The notes: a model not told the origin generated them from the sequence alone. A stretch of 64,000 bases of DNA from an uncultured Gemmatimonadaceae bacterium (GCA_963740355.1 CAVUDW010000002.1:128001-192000), one strand, 5' to 3'. Numbered from the stretch's first letter, positions 1-10,127 are shown. Numbers and translations: made by a program.

Positions 1-418
1 ATGTCGGAAGGTTTCCACCGTCGATCGGTACGCCGCACTCGATGAAGAACCCTTCGAGGCCCGCACCGCAGGTGAGTTGGATGCGGCACATCGCGTCGCT
101 CACGTTGCGGAAACCGTGATAGGCCCATGACGGCACATGCACCAGGCCACCCTGTGCGACCGGGGTCCAGGTCACGCCGGTCTCGCCGTGGCGACCGAAT
201 TCAATCGCCCCTTCCGAGATGAGGAAGGTTTCGGCGGGGGCGTGGTGATGAATCGGCACAATCGCGCCAGCCGGTACGCGCATCTCGAGCAGGCAATACT
301 GCTGGCCGGTGTCACGCTCGGTGAGCTTCCATTCCATCAGAATGCCGAGGATATCGAGCAGGCCGGTGTCGGAGCTGGGGATGAATGACGGCGTCGGTTG
401 CGCGTAGGCTGTGATCAC
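1..418 (-). CDS. Cupin-domain protein (3' end runs off the window)
   Basis: Not in the ORF track; translated by hand from GTG at 418, overlapping the TetR stop (GTGA). Reads ...LLEMRVPAGAIVPIHHHAPAETFLISEG...HVPSWAYHGFRN..., the two cupin metal-binding motifs; frame open to the window edge. Confidence 0.8.
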   Translation of the reverse strand, partial: MITAYAQPTPSFIPSSDTGLLDILGILMEWKLTERDTGQQYCLLEMRVPAGAIVPIHHHAPAETFLISEGAIEFGRHGETGVTWTPVAQGGLVHVPSWAYHGFRNVSDAMCRIQLTCGAGLEGFFIECGVPIDGGNLPT

Positions 419-1146
419 GTGGACTTCCTCTTGGTTGGGGAGCTTGGCGCGCGAGTCTTTGCGGCGTTGTTCTTTCGGTTGGTTGCCTCGGTGGCCTTGC
501 TGGTCGCAGCAGCTTTCGAGGAGCGGCGTGTGTTCGGCGTTCCGTTCGATGTCGAGGAGGTGACGGGCGCACCGTCACGTCTCGCAGCATCGAGGAGCGT
601 TTCGAGTGCCCAGGCGGCGGCATTTCCTGGCTCGTCGCCCGTGAGTTCGCCGCGGTCGCGCAACAGCTTCCAGAACGGGGCGCTATAGATCGCGAGGCAG
701 AGTGCGATCAGGCGGCGCTGCTCGATCGGCGACAGCCTGGCGGTGATGTCGGTGAGACTCTTGCGGAAGGCCGGACGACCTTCGAGCGAGCCACGCGCGC
801 CCAGCTCGGTCGCGGCCGAAAAACTGAGGCTGGCGCGCACGATCGTTTCGTGGCGATCGAACTCACCGAATTGCGTGCGTGCAAACGCCACCACCTCCGC
901 CTCGGTGGACGGGAACTGTGTTTTCGTTTCCGTGCGGATGCGCTCCCAGAGCGCCTGTATCAGGTCGGTGCGGGTGGGATAGTGCCGATAGGTGGTTCGC
1001 ACGCCGAGGCCGGCCAGCTCGGCAACCCGTTCGTGTGTGACGGGTTCTGCCGGTCCGGCGAGCGTGAGCTGGAGGGCGGCGTCGACGATGAGTTGGCGAG
1101 TAGCGGCGGCCTGTCGTTCGCGGAGCGATGGTGATGAACTGGGCAT
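415..1146 (-). CDS. TetR/AcrR family transcriptional regulator with basic low-complexity C-terminal tail
   Basis: N-terminal HTH 'TRQLIVDAAL...VTHERVAELAGLGVRTTYRHYPTRTDL'. Confidence 0.9.
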   Translation of the reverse strand: MPSSSPSLRERQAAATRQLIVDAALQLTLAGPAEPVTHERVAELAGLGVRTTYRHYPTRTDLIQALWERIRTETKTQFPSTEAEVVAFARTQFGEFDRHETIVRASLSFSAATELGARGSLEGRPAFRKSLTDITARLSPIEQRRLIALCLAIYSAPFWKLLRDRGELTGDEPGNAAAWALETLLDAARRDGAPVTSSTSNGTPNTRRSSKAAATSKATEATNRKNNAAKTRAPSSPTKRKST

Positions 1147-1148
1147 GT

Positions 1149-1185
1149 GGCAGTAATACTGTCAGCAGCGCATAACTACTGTCAA
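1149..1185 (-). promoter_or_regulatory. Putative tetR promoter/operator
   Basis: Minus-strand TTGACA at 1180-1185; TACTGTCA repeated at 1157-1164 and 1177-1184; inverted repeat CAGTA-A-TACTG just upstream of the start codon. Confidence 0.55.
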
Positions 1186-1228
1186 GTAGCACTCGGCCGC
1201 CTGGATTCAGGACCGACGCGGCTTCGAT

Positions 1229-1416
1229 CAAGGGGTCAGAGATCTTGAACGGGGAAATCAGGGGGTAAGTCGCTCGGTCGGTTGGAGTTAGGGTCCGATC
1301 AAGGGGTCAGAGATCTTGATCGATCAAGATCTCTGACCCCTTGGTGTTGTTGCGGCGCAGTGAAGTCGAAACTGCGCGCGGTGCGCGAAATCAACACCAA
1401 GATCTCTGACCCCTTG
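1229..1416. repeat. REP-like repeat cluster 1 (core CAAGGGGTCAGAGATCTTG, 4 copies)
   Basis: Copies at 1229-1247(+), 1300-1318(+), 1325-1343(-), 1398-1416(-); 1300-1343 is a perfect 44-bp palindrome. Confidence 0.9.
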
Positions 1417-1577
1417 GTGTTGTGCTCGCGCACAAAGGTGACGACTCCATCATGATGGTTCCGTCATCCAGCCTTAAGGCAACAATCATCCAAATGCTGG
1501 TTCGTGCCTAATGCTGTGCTGCAAGGATTGGGGTGTCATACGTGCAGGTCCCACATCCGACGCTCAGGAGACGGTGC

Positions 1578-2276
1578 ATGCTCAAGCAGTTGCTGGAAAC
1601 GAAGCAGGCGACGCAACGCAAGCCAGTTGGTACCGCAGTCTCGGTGGTGCTGCACGTGCTGGTGATCGGGGCCGCGATTCAGTTCACACAACACACGGCG
1701 CAGGCGCTGACGAAGCCGGATGAGACACGTGTCGTCTTCCGTGACGTGAAGCCGGAACCGGTAAAGCCGCACGAGGCACCGCCGCCGGATGCGGTGGCAC
1801 AGCAGCCCGCCGCGCGAGGATTCCCGGTGCTGAAGGCACCCATCGATGTGCCGGTCGACATTCCCGCCGTAGACCTGACCGCAGCTCATACCGATGCCAA
1901 TGCCTTCACGGGGACCGGTGTCCCTGGTGGCACTCCGGATGGCGTGGTGGGCGGCACGCCGGTGAACACGGATCTGCCATTGCTCGATTTTCAAGTCGAC
2001 AAGGCAGCGGCCGCCATCCCGGGGAACAACAACCCGGTCTATCCAGCGCAGCTGAAAGCGGCAGGCGTGGAAGGTGAGGCGCTGGTCACCTTCGTCGTGG
2101 ACACACTCGGCCGAGCCGAAGCGGGATCATTCAAGGTGCTGCAGGCGACACACGATGCGTTCGGCGAAACGGTGCGCGCAGCCCTGCCACGGATGCGATT
2201 CCTGCCGGCGGAATCGAACGGGAAGAAGGTGCGCATGGTGGTCCAGCAGAAGTTTGCGTTCGCGCTCGACAAGTAG
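1578..2276 (+). CDS. Energy transducer TonB family protein
   Basis: AGGAG RBS before ATG 1578; TM with SxxxH ('SVVLH'), Pro-rich linker, TonB_C 'PVYPAQLKAAGVEGEALVTFVVDTLG'. Confidence 0.85.
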   Translation: MLKQLLETKQATQRKPVGTAVSVVLHVLVIGAAIQFTQHTAQALTKPDETRVVFRDVKPEPVKPHEAPPPDAVAQQPAARGFPVLKAPIDVPVDIPAVDLTAAHTDANAFTGTGVPGGTPDGVVGGTPVNTDLPLLDFQVDKAAAAIPGNNNPVYPAQLKAAGVEGEALVTFVVDTLGRAEAGSFKVLQATHDAFGETVRAALPRMRFLPAESNGKKVRMVVQQKFAFALDK

Positions 2277-2360
2277 GACGGATTGTCCCGCGCGTCCCGC
2301 ATCCCGTTCGCTGGGCGTGAACGGGGTGCGGGACGACGCGCAGGATGACAACTTCCCGTC

Positions 2361-3515
2361 ATGAATGGTGACGAGAGAGAAACGGTGACCGCGGGCGCGG
2401 CGCAGGTCAGCCGGCGGACGATCGTACGTACTGGCTTCGCCGCCGCCGGAGTGCTGCTGGCCGAGCGTCTGTTCGGGCAGGCGGGTCGATTCGCGAGTGC
2501 ACCGCCAGGACTGATCATTCGCAATGCGCGTCCCCTGGATGCGGAAGCGCCGATGGCGGCGCTGCAGCGCGAGATCACGGCCACCAGCGAGTTCTTCGTG
2601 CGCAGCCATTTCGGGCCGCCGAGCAGTCTGCCAAGCGCGTGGACGTTGACGATCGACGGTGAGGTGGAGCGGCCGCTGACGTTGTCGCTGGCGGAGATCC
2701 GTGCGCTGCCAAGCGTGACGCGACCGGTGACGCTGGAATGCGCGGGCAATGGTCGGGCGTTGTTCGCGTTGCCGAGTAGTTCAGGGGTGCAATGGGAATT
2801 CGGCGCGGTGAGCACTGCGACTTGGACCGGCGTCCCGCTGCGCGCCTTGCTCGAACGCGCGGGCACGAAAGGCTCGGCGCAGCACTTCTGGACGGAAGCC
2901 GCCGATCGCGCGCCGTCGCCTGGCGTGCCGGCCTTCACGCGAAGCATTCCACGCGCTATCGCCGAGTCGGACGCGCTGGTGGCGTACGAGATGAATGGAG
3001 CGCCGATACCAGTGCTGCATGGTGGACCGCTGCGGCTGATCGTGCCTGGATGGTTCGGCATGGCGTCGACGAAGTGGCTGACGCAGATCCATGCACGAGC
3101 GACGGAGTCGGACAATCACTTTCAGGTGCGCGGCTACAGGTATGCCGATGGCAGCGCGGTGACGACGATGCGCACGAAGTCGGTGATTACGTCGCCGGAG
3201 AGCGGAACACGGGTGAAGGCTGGACGCGTGCAGGTGCAAGGGCAGGCGTGGACGTCGCTCGAGAGTGGTGGGATTCGCGGCGTGGACGTTTCGGCAGACG
3301 GCGGAACCACATGGACGCCGGCGACGCTGATCGGCGATGAGCGCCCGGGTGCTTGGCGCGGCTGGAAGGTCACGATCGATGTGCCAGCCGGGCCGCTGGT
3401 CGTGATGGCGCGTGCGACCGACCGGGCTGGCGGCGTGCAGCCACTGAAAGCGGCCGCCAATGGCGGTGGCTACGGCAACAACTCCATCCATCAGGTGCCC
3501 GTTCGTGCGGAATAG
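2361..3515 (+). CDS. Sulfite oxidase family molybdoenzyme (SorA-like), Tat-exported
   Basis: Twin-arginine 'SRRTIV'; 'FFVRSH', 'TLECAGNGR', 'HGGPLRLIVPGWFGMASTKWL'. Confidence 0.9.
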   Translation: MNGDERETVTAGAAQVSRRTIVRTGFAAAGVLLAERLFGQAGRFASAPPGLIIRNARPLDAEAPMAALQREITATSEFFVRSHFGPPSSLPSAWTLTIDGEVERPLTLSLAEIRALPSVTRPVTLECAGNGRALFALPSSSGVQWEFGAVSTATWTGVPLRALLERAGTKGSAQHFWTEAADRAPSPGVPAFTRSIPRAIAESDALVAYEMNGAPIPVLHGGPLRLIVPGWFGMASTKWLTQIHARATESDNHFQVRGYRYADGSAVTTMRTKSVITSPESGTRVKAGRVQVQGQAWTSLESGGIRGVDVSADGGTTWTPATLIGDERPGAWRGWKVTIDVPAGPLVVMARATDRAGGVQPLKAAANGGGYGNNSIHQVPVRAE

Positions 3516-3882
3516 TTCACACGTGGCCAGGGCCATTGCCGTGACCGTGCTGCTGAGTGCGTGCGCACGAGGCGGGATGTCCGCCGGGCAGCCGTCGGGC
3601 GCCCCCGCTGATGCGGATGCGGTGCTGGCTGCGAAGCTCGGTGCGGACGAGGCGGCGTCGATCGCGGCGCTACCGGGCGGTACTGGGCACGATCTGGTGC
3701 TGACGAACTGCATCGTGTGCCATTCCGCCGCGATGATCCTGCAGCAGCGGAAGGACTCCGCGGGCTGGGAGCGGACGATGACGCAGATGGTGACCTGGGG
3801 CGCACCGGTGTCGGCGGAGCAGCGGCCTGTGCTGGTCGCGTACCTGAACAAACACTTCGGACCCGGGGCCGCGAAGCCATAG
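3505..3882 (+). CDS. Monoheme cytochrome c lipoprotein (SorB-like)
   Basis: Lipobox 'LLSAC', CxxCH ('CIVCH'), 'WERTMTQM' distal Met; overlaps the sulfite oxidase stop. Start codon approximate. Confidence 0.8.
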   Translation: MRNSSHVARAIAVTVLLSACARGGMSAGQPSGAPADADAVLAAKLGADEAASIAALPGGTGHDLVLTNCIVCHSAAMILQQRKDSAGWERTMTQMVTWGAPVSAEQRPVLVAYLNKHFGPGAAKP

Positions 3883-3981
3883 TCGGCGGTCGGGAGACGG
3901 CGCCCACCAAGCACGCGGTGCGAAACCGCGGCGGCGCCAGCCCGTATCACATGGGTCGCTCCCTGCCTGTGGAGGCACCCT

Positions 3982-4878
3982 ATGCGCCGTTCTACCCCGT
4001 TCGCCCTCTCTGCCGTCGCCCTGCTGACGGCTGCATCACTTCTCCCCGCCGTGGCTCAGGCGCAGGCTCGCGCGTCGGCCACCGCTGCGCCCGTGGCGCC
4101 GCGTACCATGCCAGCCGGCCGGTACGAGTTCACGAGCACCGAGGATGACGGCGACGTCACGTCGGGCGCTGTGGCGTGGACGGGCAACCTGCTTCGCATC
4201 GATCTCGATCGGAGTCGCAATCGCGCCCGCCACGGCAACAGCAACGGCGTGACCGTCAGCACGGGCAACCGGCGCGGTGAATACATGCTGGTGGATTTTG
4301 CCAGCAACACCGTGCGCACGGTGAAGCCGGAAGAACATGAAATCAGTGAAATGCCGTTGGCGACGTTCGAACAGATCATCGGCAAGGCACTCGGCATGGT
4401 CGGCAGCGTGGTGCAGATGCAGGTGCGTGACGCCGGCATCATCGCCAAGGAAGTTGGTCCCGGCGGCGAAGTGGCTGGCCTGCCGACGGAGCAGTTCCGC
4501 GTGATCGAGGAGTACAATGTGCGCATCGGTGTCTTCGGCATGAACGCCGAAGAAAAGCATCATCGCGTGGTGACCGACTACTGGGTGCCGACGTCGATGT
4601 CGATGCCGCGCAATCCGATGTTCGAGCTGCTGATGCGGAGTGCCAGCGCCACAGCGCAGCAGGATGCAGTGCATCAGGCGAATGTGTCGCGTGCTCGCAG
4701 CGCGCTTTTTCGGGGCTTCCCGATGAAGGCGACGGTGACGGTCACGGAGACGGGTGAGTCACCGAAGCGGGCGACGGTGGAGATCACGTCGCTGTCATCG
4801 GCCACGCCGGATGCCGCGATGTTCGTGCTGCCGGCAGGGTATCGCGTGAAGAAAAACGACCTCAACTTCTCGCTTTGA
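3982..4878 (+). CDS. Secreted protein, DUF4412-like
   Basis: Signal peptide; C-terminal 'GFPMK...PDAAMFVLPAGY' typical of this family. Confidence 0.55.
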   Translation: MRRSTPFALSAVALLTAASLLPAVAQAQARASATAAPVAPRTMPAGRYEFTSTEDDGDVTSGAVAWTGNLLRIDLDRSRNRARHGNSNGVTVSTGNRRGEYMLVDFASNTVRTVKPEEHEISEMPLATFEQIIGKALGMVGSVVQMQVRDAGIIAKEVGPGGEVAGLPTEQFRVIEEYNVRIGVFGMNAEEKHHRVVTDYWVPTSMSMPRNPMFELLMRSASATAQQDAVHQANVSRARSALFRGFPMKATVTVTETGESPKRATVEITSLSSATPDAAMFVLPAGYRVKKNDLNFSL

Positions 4879-4941
4879 CCAATCTCTGATCGATCGTCCT
4901 TCGCACCAGCGCAACGCAGTTGATCGCGCTGGTGGGGACCG

Positions 4942-6633
4942 TTACTGCGGACCCTGCGTCCCGCGCGCCTTGTCGAGCGCGTCGGCCAGGGTTCGGTCGT
5001 GTCCGTACACATCGTTGAAGTAGCGCACACCGCCGTTGGCATCAGCGACGGCGGTCTGATAGACGATCAGCACCGGAATCGGCTTCGGAACGCGGACGAA
5101 GCGCTCGACACCGGCATTCATCGCTTCGGTGATCTTCGAGTCGGTCCACGCGGGCTGATTGCCCAACACGTAGCGCGCCATTGCCATCGGGTCACCGAGT
5201 CGCACACAGCCGTGGCTGAAGTCACGACGCACCCGCGAGAAGAGGCTGCGTGACGGCGTGTCGTGCAGGTAGATGTCGTACGGATTCGGCAGCAGGAACT
5301 TGACCTTGCCGAGCGAGTTGTCGTCGCCCGACTTCTGCCGCACCATGACGCCGGTGCCGATGCGGGCGATGTTGCCACGCGTGTTCGGCAACAGGCGGCC
5401 GTTCCCGGTCGTGAGCTCGTAGTTGTGCTTGTTCAGATACCCCGTGTCGCTGCTCGCCGCCGGGAGAATCTCCTTCAGCATGATCGACTTCGGCACATGC
5501 CACTGCGGGCTGAAGACGACTTGTGTCATGTTGGCCGCGAACACCGGTGTCGCGTTCGAGTCGGCGCGGCCGATGACGACGTTCATGCTCAGCGGATCGG
5601 CTGAGTCACCTTGGAATCGCCCGTACGTATGGAGGCGATACTCGGGGAGATTCACGACCAGTGGATCGTTGGAAAACGTGCGCGGCAACCAGCGCCAGCG
5701 CTCGATGGCCATCGCCAGTCGCTCGGTGCGGTTCTGGTATTCGTCGAGAAGTGTGGCGAGCACCGGTGCCGTGAGCGTGCCGGTGATGCGCCCTTTCTTG
5801 ATCTTGCGATTCTGCCAGCGCGTGATCGCATCGGCGAGCGGCTTGGTGTAGGTCGTGTGAATCGATGCAACCGGGAACGTGCGCGGGAGTTCGCCGAGGC
5901 GGACGAGCACGACCGCCAGCGCATGTGCATCGGCATACCGACCACCGGTGTTCACCGGTCGCGCTGGTGCCGCGGGCAGATGCCACGCCGGATCAGCGTC
6001 CTGCGCACGTGCGGCAGCGAGGCCTTCCACCAGCAGCTGATAGCTGCGCGTCTGCGGTTCGAGCGAGGCGAACACCTCACCAGCTGGGCGTCCCGTCGCC
6101 AAGGCGCTGCGCACCGTGGCGAGGTCGAGCTCCGCCGGCGCCAGTGACCACTCCACATGCACACGCGCCGGATCGACGCGGCCCTGCCGATGGATGAATG
6201 CGTGTCGGGCAACAGCGATATCGAGGCCAAGGTCGAACAGTCCGCGTTCCGTGGCGGTAGCCTTTCGCGACTCGAAGACCTTTGCGATGCTGTCCAGGAC
6301 CGCGACGTCCGCCCGCTCTGCCTGCGATGATTCGTCATCACTGGCGAGGTATGTGAGCAGTGGGCGTGCGGCAGCAACGGGAGCACCACTACCGGTGGTC
6401 CAGCGAATTCCTGCCGTCGAATCCGACGCGCGGGTGTCGCGCACGATGCGCTGGACATCGACGAAGCGGCCACCATTGGTGAGCCACGGGTGCGCGCCGA
6501 GCAGGAGCGTCGATGCGACGGTATCCGGTCGTATCTGGGCGGAAACCACCGAACCACAACAAAGAGCCGCACCAACGAGGGCCGCGGTGCGGAGGCGCGC
6601 GGCGAACGCAGCAACTGACGAGACTGGCGGCAC
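4942..6633 (-). CDS. L,D-transpeptidase (YcbB/LdtD-like)
   Basis: 'VNLPEYRL', 'NSLGKVKFLLPN', catalytic 'IYLHDTP...FSHGCVRL'. Confidence 0.9.
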   Translation of the reverse strand: MPPVSSVAAFAARLRTAALVGAALCCGSVVSAQIRPDTVASTLLLGAHPWLTNGGRFVDVQRIVRDTRASDSTAGIRWTTGSGAPVAAARPLLTYLASDDESSQAERADVAVLDSIAKVFESRKATATERGLFDLGLDIAVARHAFIHRQGRVDPARVHVEWSLAPAELDLATVRSALATGRPAGEVFASLEPQTRSYQLLVEGLAAARAQDADPAWHLPAAPARPVNTGGRYADAHALAVVLVRLGELPRTFPVASIHTTYTKPLADAITRWQNRKIKKGRITGTLTAPVLATLLDEYQNRTERLAMAIERWRWLPRTFSNDPLVVNLPEYRLHTYGRFQGDSADPLSMNVVIGRADSNATPVFAANMTQVVFSPQWHVPKSIMLKEILPAASSDTGYLNKHNYELTTGNGRLLPNTRGNIARIGTGVMVRQKSGDDNSLGKVKFLLPNPYDIYLHDTPSRSLFSRVRRDFSHGCVRLGDPMAMARYVLGNQPAWTDSKITEAMNAGVERFVRVPKPIPVLIVYQTAVADANGGVRYFNDVYGHDRTLADALDKARGTQGPQ

Positions 6634-6673
6634 TTGGGGAGGCAGAGAGGGTTCGAGCGACGTCGGGCGAAAG

Positions 6674-6715
6674 ATGACGGGCGGAGTGCTCAGTTAGTAG
6701 CACCCCGCCCGTCAT
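6674..6715 (-). terminator. Hairpin downstream of glutamine synthetase III
   Basis: ATGACGGGCGGAGTGCT / AGCACCCCGCCCGTCAT stem (one mismatch), short T run on the minus strand. Confidence 0.6.
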
Positions 6716-6772
6716 TGACGTTCTTCAGCCCTTCTCGGTCAAAACTTCACTGCGAAGGAACACCCTCGACGG

Positions 6773-8986
6773 TCAGACCGGGAAGAGGATTTCGCGGTAC
6801 TTCGGCAGCGGCCACATGTCGTCGGCCACGACGAGCTCGAGTGCATCGCAGCGCTCACGAACGGCCTCAGCGGCATCCGTGCCTTCGCTGGTGAGGAGCT
6901 TGCCCTGCGCGGTCGGATCGTGGTGCAGGCCCTCGGCGCGATCGATGACGCTGGCGAGCGTGTCGCGACGCGTCTGCAGTTCCTGGATCATGGTGCCGAT
7001 GTGATTGGCCTGCGCGACCTGTGGCACCACCGAGATACCGGCGGTGTGAGCTGCGGCTGCCGCCTGAGCCAGCGTCCCGTAGTACGCGAAGGCGGCAGGG
7101 AGGATGAGCGTATCGGTCATCTCCTTGAGGGTGCTGAGCTCGATCATCACATCCTTCACATACCGCTCCATGCGGACATGGAAGCGGCTCTCGAGCTCGG
7201 CCTCGGAGAGGATGCCGAGCGACGTGAGCGTGTGACGCGACTGCGGCGTGATCAGCTGCTCGAGTGCTTCCGGCGTCTTGCGATAGTTCGGCAAGCCGCG
7301 ACGCGCTGCTTCCTCGACCCACTCGGCCGAGTAGCCGTTGCCTTCGAAGCGGACGGCCTTGGTCTCGCGGAACGCTTCGCTGACGACGGCGAGGACTGCG
7401 TCATCCACCGCGACGCCATCCTTCAGCTGCTGCTTGAGCTTCTCCGTCATTTCGGCGATCGCTTCGGCGGCGGCGGCGTTGAGCAGCATGACCGGGAAGG
7501 CGATCGACTGCGACGAACCGACGGCGCGGAACTCGAACTTCATGCCGGTGAAGGCGAACGGCGAGGTACGGTTGCGATCGGTGTTGTCCTGAGCGACTTC
7601 CGGCAGCTTGTTGACGCCGAGATCGAGCATGCGCTGTGCGGCGGTCTTGCCACCCGGGCGGCCTTCGGCGATTTCGTCGATCACCTTCGTGAGCGTCTCG
7701 CCCATGAAGATGGAGATGATGGCCGGCGGTGCTTCGTTGGCGCCAAGGCGATGTTCGTTGCCGCTGGTGGCAATGCCGGCGCGCAGCAGGCCGGAGTGCT
7801 TGAAGACGGCCTTCTGGACTGCGGCAAGGAAAAGCAGGAAGCGAACGTTCTGGTGCGGCGTCTTGCCTGGCTTGAGCAGGTTGAAGCCGTTGAGCTCCGG
7901 GTTGCTGGCGGCGATGGCCATCGACCAGTTGCAGTGCTTGCCCGAGCCGTTGATGCCGGCGAATGGCTTCTCGTGCAGCAGCGCCTGCAGGCCGTGGCGC
8001 AGCGCGACCTTCCGCAGCACCGACATCACCATCTGGTTGTGGTCGACGGCGACGTCGGTCTCTTCGTAGTGCGGCGCCATCTCGAACTGGCAGGGCGCAA
8101 CTTCGTTGTGACGCGTGGTGATCGGCACGCCGAGCTTGTACAACTCGTGTTCGACTTCAGCGATGCAGGCCTGCACGCGCTCGGGGATGCCACCGAAGTA
8201 GTGGTCCTCGAGCTGCTGTCCACGCGGCGGCGGCGCGCCGATGAGCGACCGGCCACCCATGACGAGGTCGGGGCGCATCGCGAAGAAGGCGCGATCGATG
8301 AGGAAGTATTCCTGCTCGGTGCCCATGGTCGTGTAGACACGCTGCACACCCTTGTCGCCGAGCACTTCGAGCAGCTCGATGGCCTTCTGCGAGAGCACGT
8401 CGGTGCTGCGGAGGAGCGGCGTCATCTCGTCGAGCGCTTCACCGTTGTAGCCGATGAAGACGGACGGCACGCAGAGCGTCTTGACGCCGGCAGTCTCGAT
8501 GATGAAGACGGGGCTGGCCGGGTTCCAGGCGGTGTAGCCGCGGGCTTCCCAGGTGGCGCGGAGGCCGCCGGACGGGAAGCTGGATGCATCGGGCTCGGAC
8601 TGGATGAGCTGCGCAGCGCTGAATGTTTCCAGCGGCGTCATCGCGTCATCGAAGCTGAGGAAGGCGTCGTGCTTTTCGGCGGTGAGGCCGGTCTGCGGCT
8701 GGAACCAGTGCGTGAAGTGGGTCACGCCGAGCGACATCGCCCATTCCTTGATCGTCTGTGCGACGACGGGGGCGATGTCGGTGTCGAGCTTCTTGCCGAG
8801 GCGGATGGAGGCCGAGAGCTTGGCGTACACATCGGGCGGCAACTTTGCGCGCATCTGCTTGGCGCCGAATGCGAGGCTGCCGAAGTATTCAGAGGTGCGC
8901 GGCGGCAGGCCGGCGTTCTCGGTTTGCGTCGGGCGTGTTGCGATGGCCCGCAGGGCCGAGGTGCGCGGAGTGTTCGACGTGGGCAT
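6773..8986 (-). CDS. glnN: Glutamine synthetase type III
   Basis: 'HFTHWFQP', 'AEKHDAF', 'EPDASSFPSGG', 'EKPFAGINGSGKH', 'HRLGANEAPP', C-terminal 'WPLPKYREILF'. Start taken at MPTSN (8986), 737 aa. Confidence 0.93.
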   Translation of the reverse strand: MPTSNTPRTSALRAIATRPTQTENAGLPPRTSEYFGSLAFGAKQMRAKLPPDVYAKLSASIRLGKKLDTDIAPVVAQTIKEWAMSLGVTHFTHWFQPQTGLTAEKHDAFLSFDDAMTPLETFSAAQLIQSEPDASSFPSGGLRATWEARGYTAWNPASPVFIIETAGVKTLCVPSVFIGYNGEALDEMTPLLRSTDVLSQKAIELLEVLGDKGVQRVYTTMGTEQEYFLIDRAFFAMRPDLVMGGRSLIGAPPPRGQQLEDHYFGGIPERVQACIAEVEHELYKLGVPITTRHNEVAPCQFEMAPHYEETDVAVDHNQMVMSVLRKVALRHGLQALLHEKPFAGINGSGKHCNWSMAIAASNPELNGFNLLKPGKTPHQNVRFLLFLAAVQKAVFKHSGLLRAGIATSGNEHRLGANEAPPAIISIFMGETLTKVIDEIAEGRPGGKTAAQRMLDLGVNKLPEVAQDNTDRNRTSPFAFTGMKFEFRAVGSSQSIAFPVMLLNAAAAEAIAEMTEKLKQQLKDGVAVDDAVLAVVSEAFRETKAVRFEGNGYSAEWVEEAARRGLPNYRKTPEALEQLITPQSRHTLTSLGILSEAELESRFHVRMERYVKDVMIELSTLKEMTDTLILPAAFAYYGTLAQAAAAAHTAGISVVPQVAQANHIGTMIQELQTRRDTLASVIDRAEGLHHDPTAQGKLLTSEGTDAAEAVRERCDALELVVADDMWPLPKYREILFPV

Positions 8987-9192
8987 GGTGCGAACAGGGG
9001 CAGGAGTGATCGAGCGCTCTATTGAGTGTGATGCGGACACCCTCGTGCGCATCATTTTCTGCTGAATCGACAAAAGTAACTGGATTCCGGCGCGATTTCT
9101 GGCCCGAACTGGGCAAGTCGTCTGCGCCTTCGTGCAGAATCTGAAGAAATCTCGTATGGCTGAGCCCGTTACACAAGTCGTATTCCGGGGGC

Positions 9193-9879
9193 TCAGCCCT
9201 CGTAGCCGACGGGCCAGAGCTCGGTTTGCGGAATTTCGGGCTCGAGGCGCCGACGGACGGCGGCGGCGATCTCGTCGATGGCGGACGGGTCGCGGAGCAG
9301 GTCGTAGTCGGCGATGTCCAGTTGGAGCACCGGGCAGCGCCGGAACTGTCCGATCCAGGTGGCGTAGCGACCGTGGAGTGCCTTCCAGTAGGACGGCGGC
9401 ATGTCGCGTTCGGCTTCGCGCCCGCGCTGGCCGATGCGGGCCACGACCAGGTCGAGCGATCCGTGGAGGTAGATCAGGAGGCGAGGAGGGCGTGCGGCGG
9501 GACCGGTGAGCAGCTCGGCGTAGAGCCGTTCGTAGAGCTCGTACTCGTCCCTGGACAGGACCTCGGACTCGAACAATCCACGTGCGAAAATTTCGGCGTC
9601 CTCGTACCAGGTGCGATCGAGAATCCAGCCGCCGCCCAGTGCTCGCATCTTCCGCATCGAGTTGAAGCGGGTGGCGAGAAAATGGAGTTGCAGGCGAAGC
9701 GCGTACTGTTGCTGCGCCGATGGGTCGGGGCCGTAGTACGGCGTGAGCCACGGGTTTTCGTCGTCGACCGATTCGAGCGCCATCTGGAGCCCGAAGCGAC
9801 GTGCGAGTGCGCGCGTGAGCGTCGTTTTGCCAGTGCCGACCATGCCGGCAACGGCGAGGAGCATGCTCTTCGGCGGCAT
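9193..9879 (-). CDS. Deoxynucleoside kinase
   Basis: P-loop 'GMVGTGKTT', 'LQLHFLATR', 'LDRTWYED', 'RIGQRGREAE'. Confidence 0.88.
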   Translation of the reverse strand: MPPKSMLLAVAGMVGTGKTTLTRALARRFGLQMALESVDDENPWLTPYYGPDPSAQQQYALRLQLHFLATRFNSMRKMRALGGGWILDRTWYEDAEIFARGLFESEVLSRDEYELYERLYAELLTGPAARPPRLLIYLHGSLDLVVARIGQRGREAERDMPPSYWKALHGRYATWIGQFRRCPVLQLDIADYDLLRDPSAIDEIAAAVRRRLEPEIPQTELWPVGYEG

Positions 9880-10033
9880 CTGGATCGAACGGCGAGGGCG
9901 AGGTGAAGGAGTGCGTGCGGGCGACGCGGACGAGCGCGCGCGAACAATATGGCAGGATGGATGCACGGTGCCCTTGTCGCACGGGCCGTTGGGGACGACC
10001 TTTCCCGTCCGCCAGCGATGACAGGGCGGACAC

Positions 10034-10105
10034 GGCGCGGTAGCCAAGTGGTAAGGCAGCGGTCTGCAAAACCGTTATTCGCGGGTTCGATTCCCGCTCG
10101 CGCCT
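10034..10105 (+). tRNA. tRNA-Cys(GCA), CCA not encoded
   Basis: Acceptor GGCGCGG/TCGCGCC plus T discriminator; D-arm AGCCAAGTGGTAAGGC; anticodon arm GCGGT-CTGCAAA-ACCGT; T-loop GTTCGATTC. Confidence 0.95.
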
Positions 10106-10127
10106 CTGATCTGATTCAATCGTCGAA

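Noticed and set aside
2290..2340. Riboswitch upstream of the sulfite oxidase
   Set aside because: Only a single GC-rich hairpin; I could not identify Moco-riboswitch features.
6920..9025. 701-aa antisense ORF, and similar long shadow ORFs (e.g. 14476-15657, 22192-23760, 35162-36244)
   Set aside because: They mirror well-supported genes on the other strand and have no motifs; expected from high-GC codon bias.
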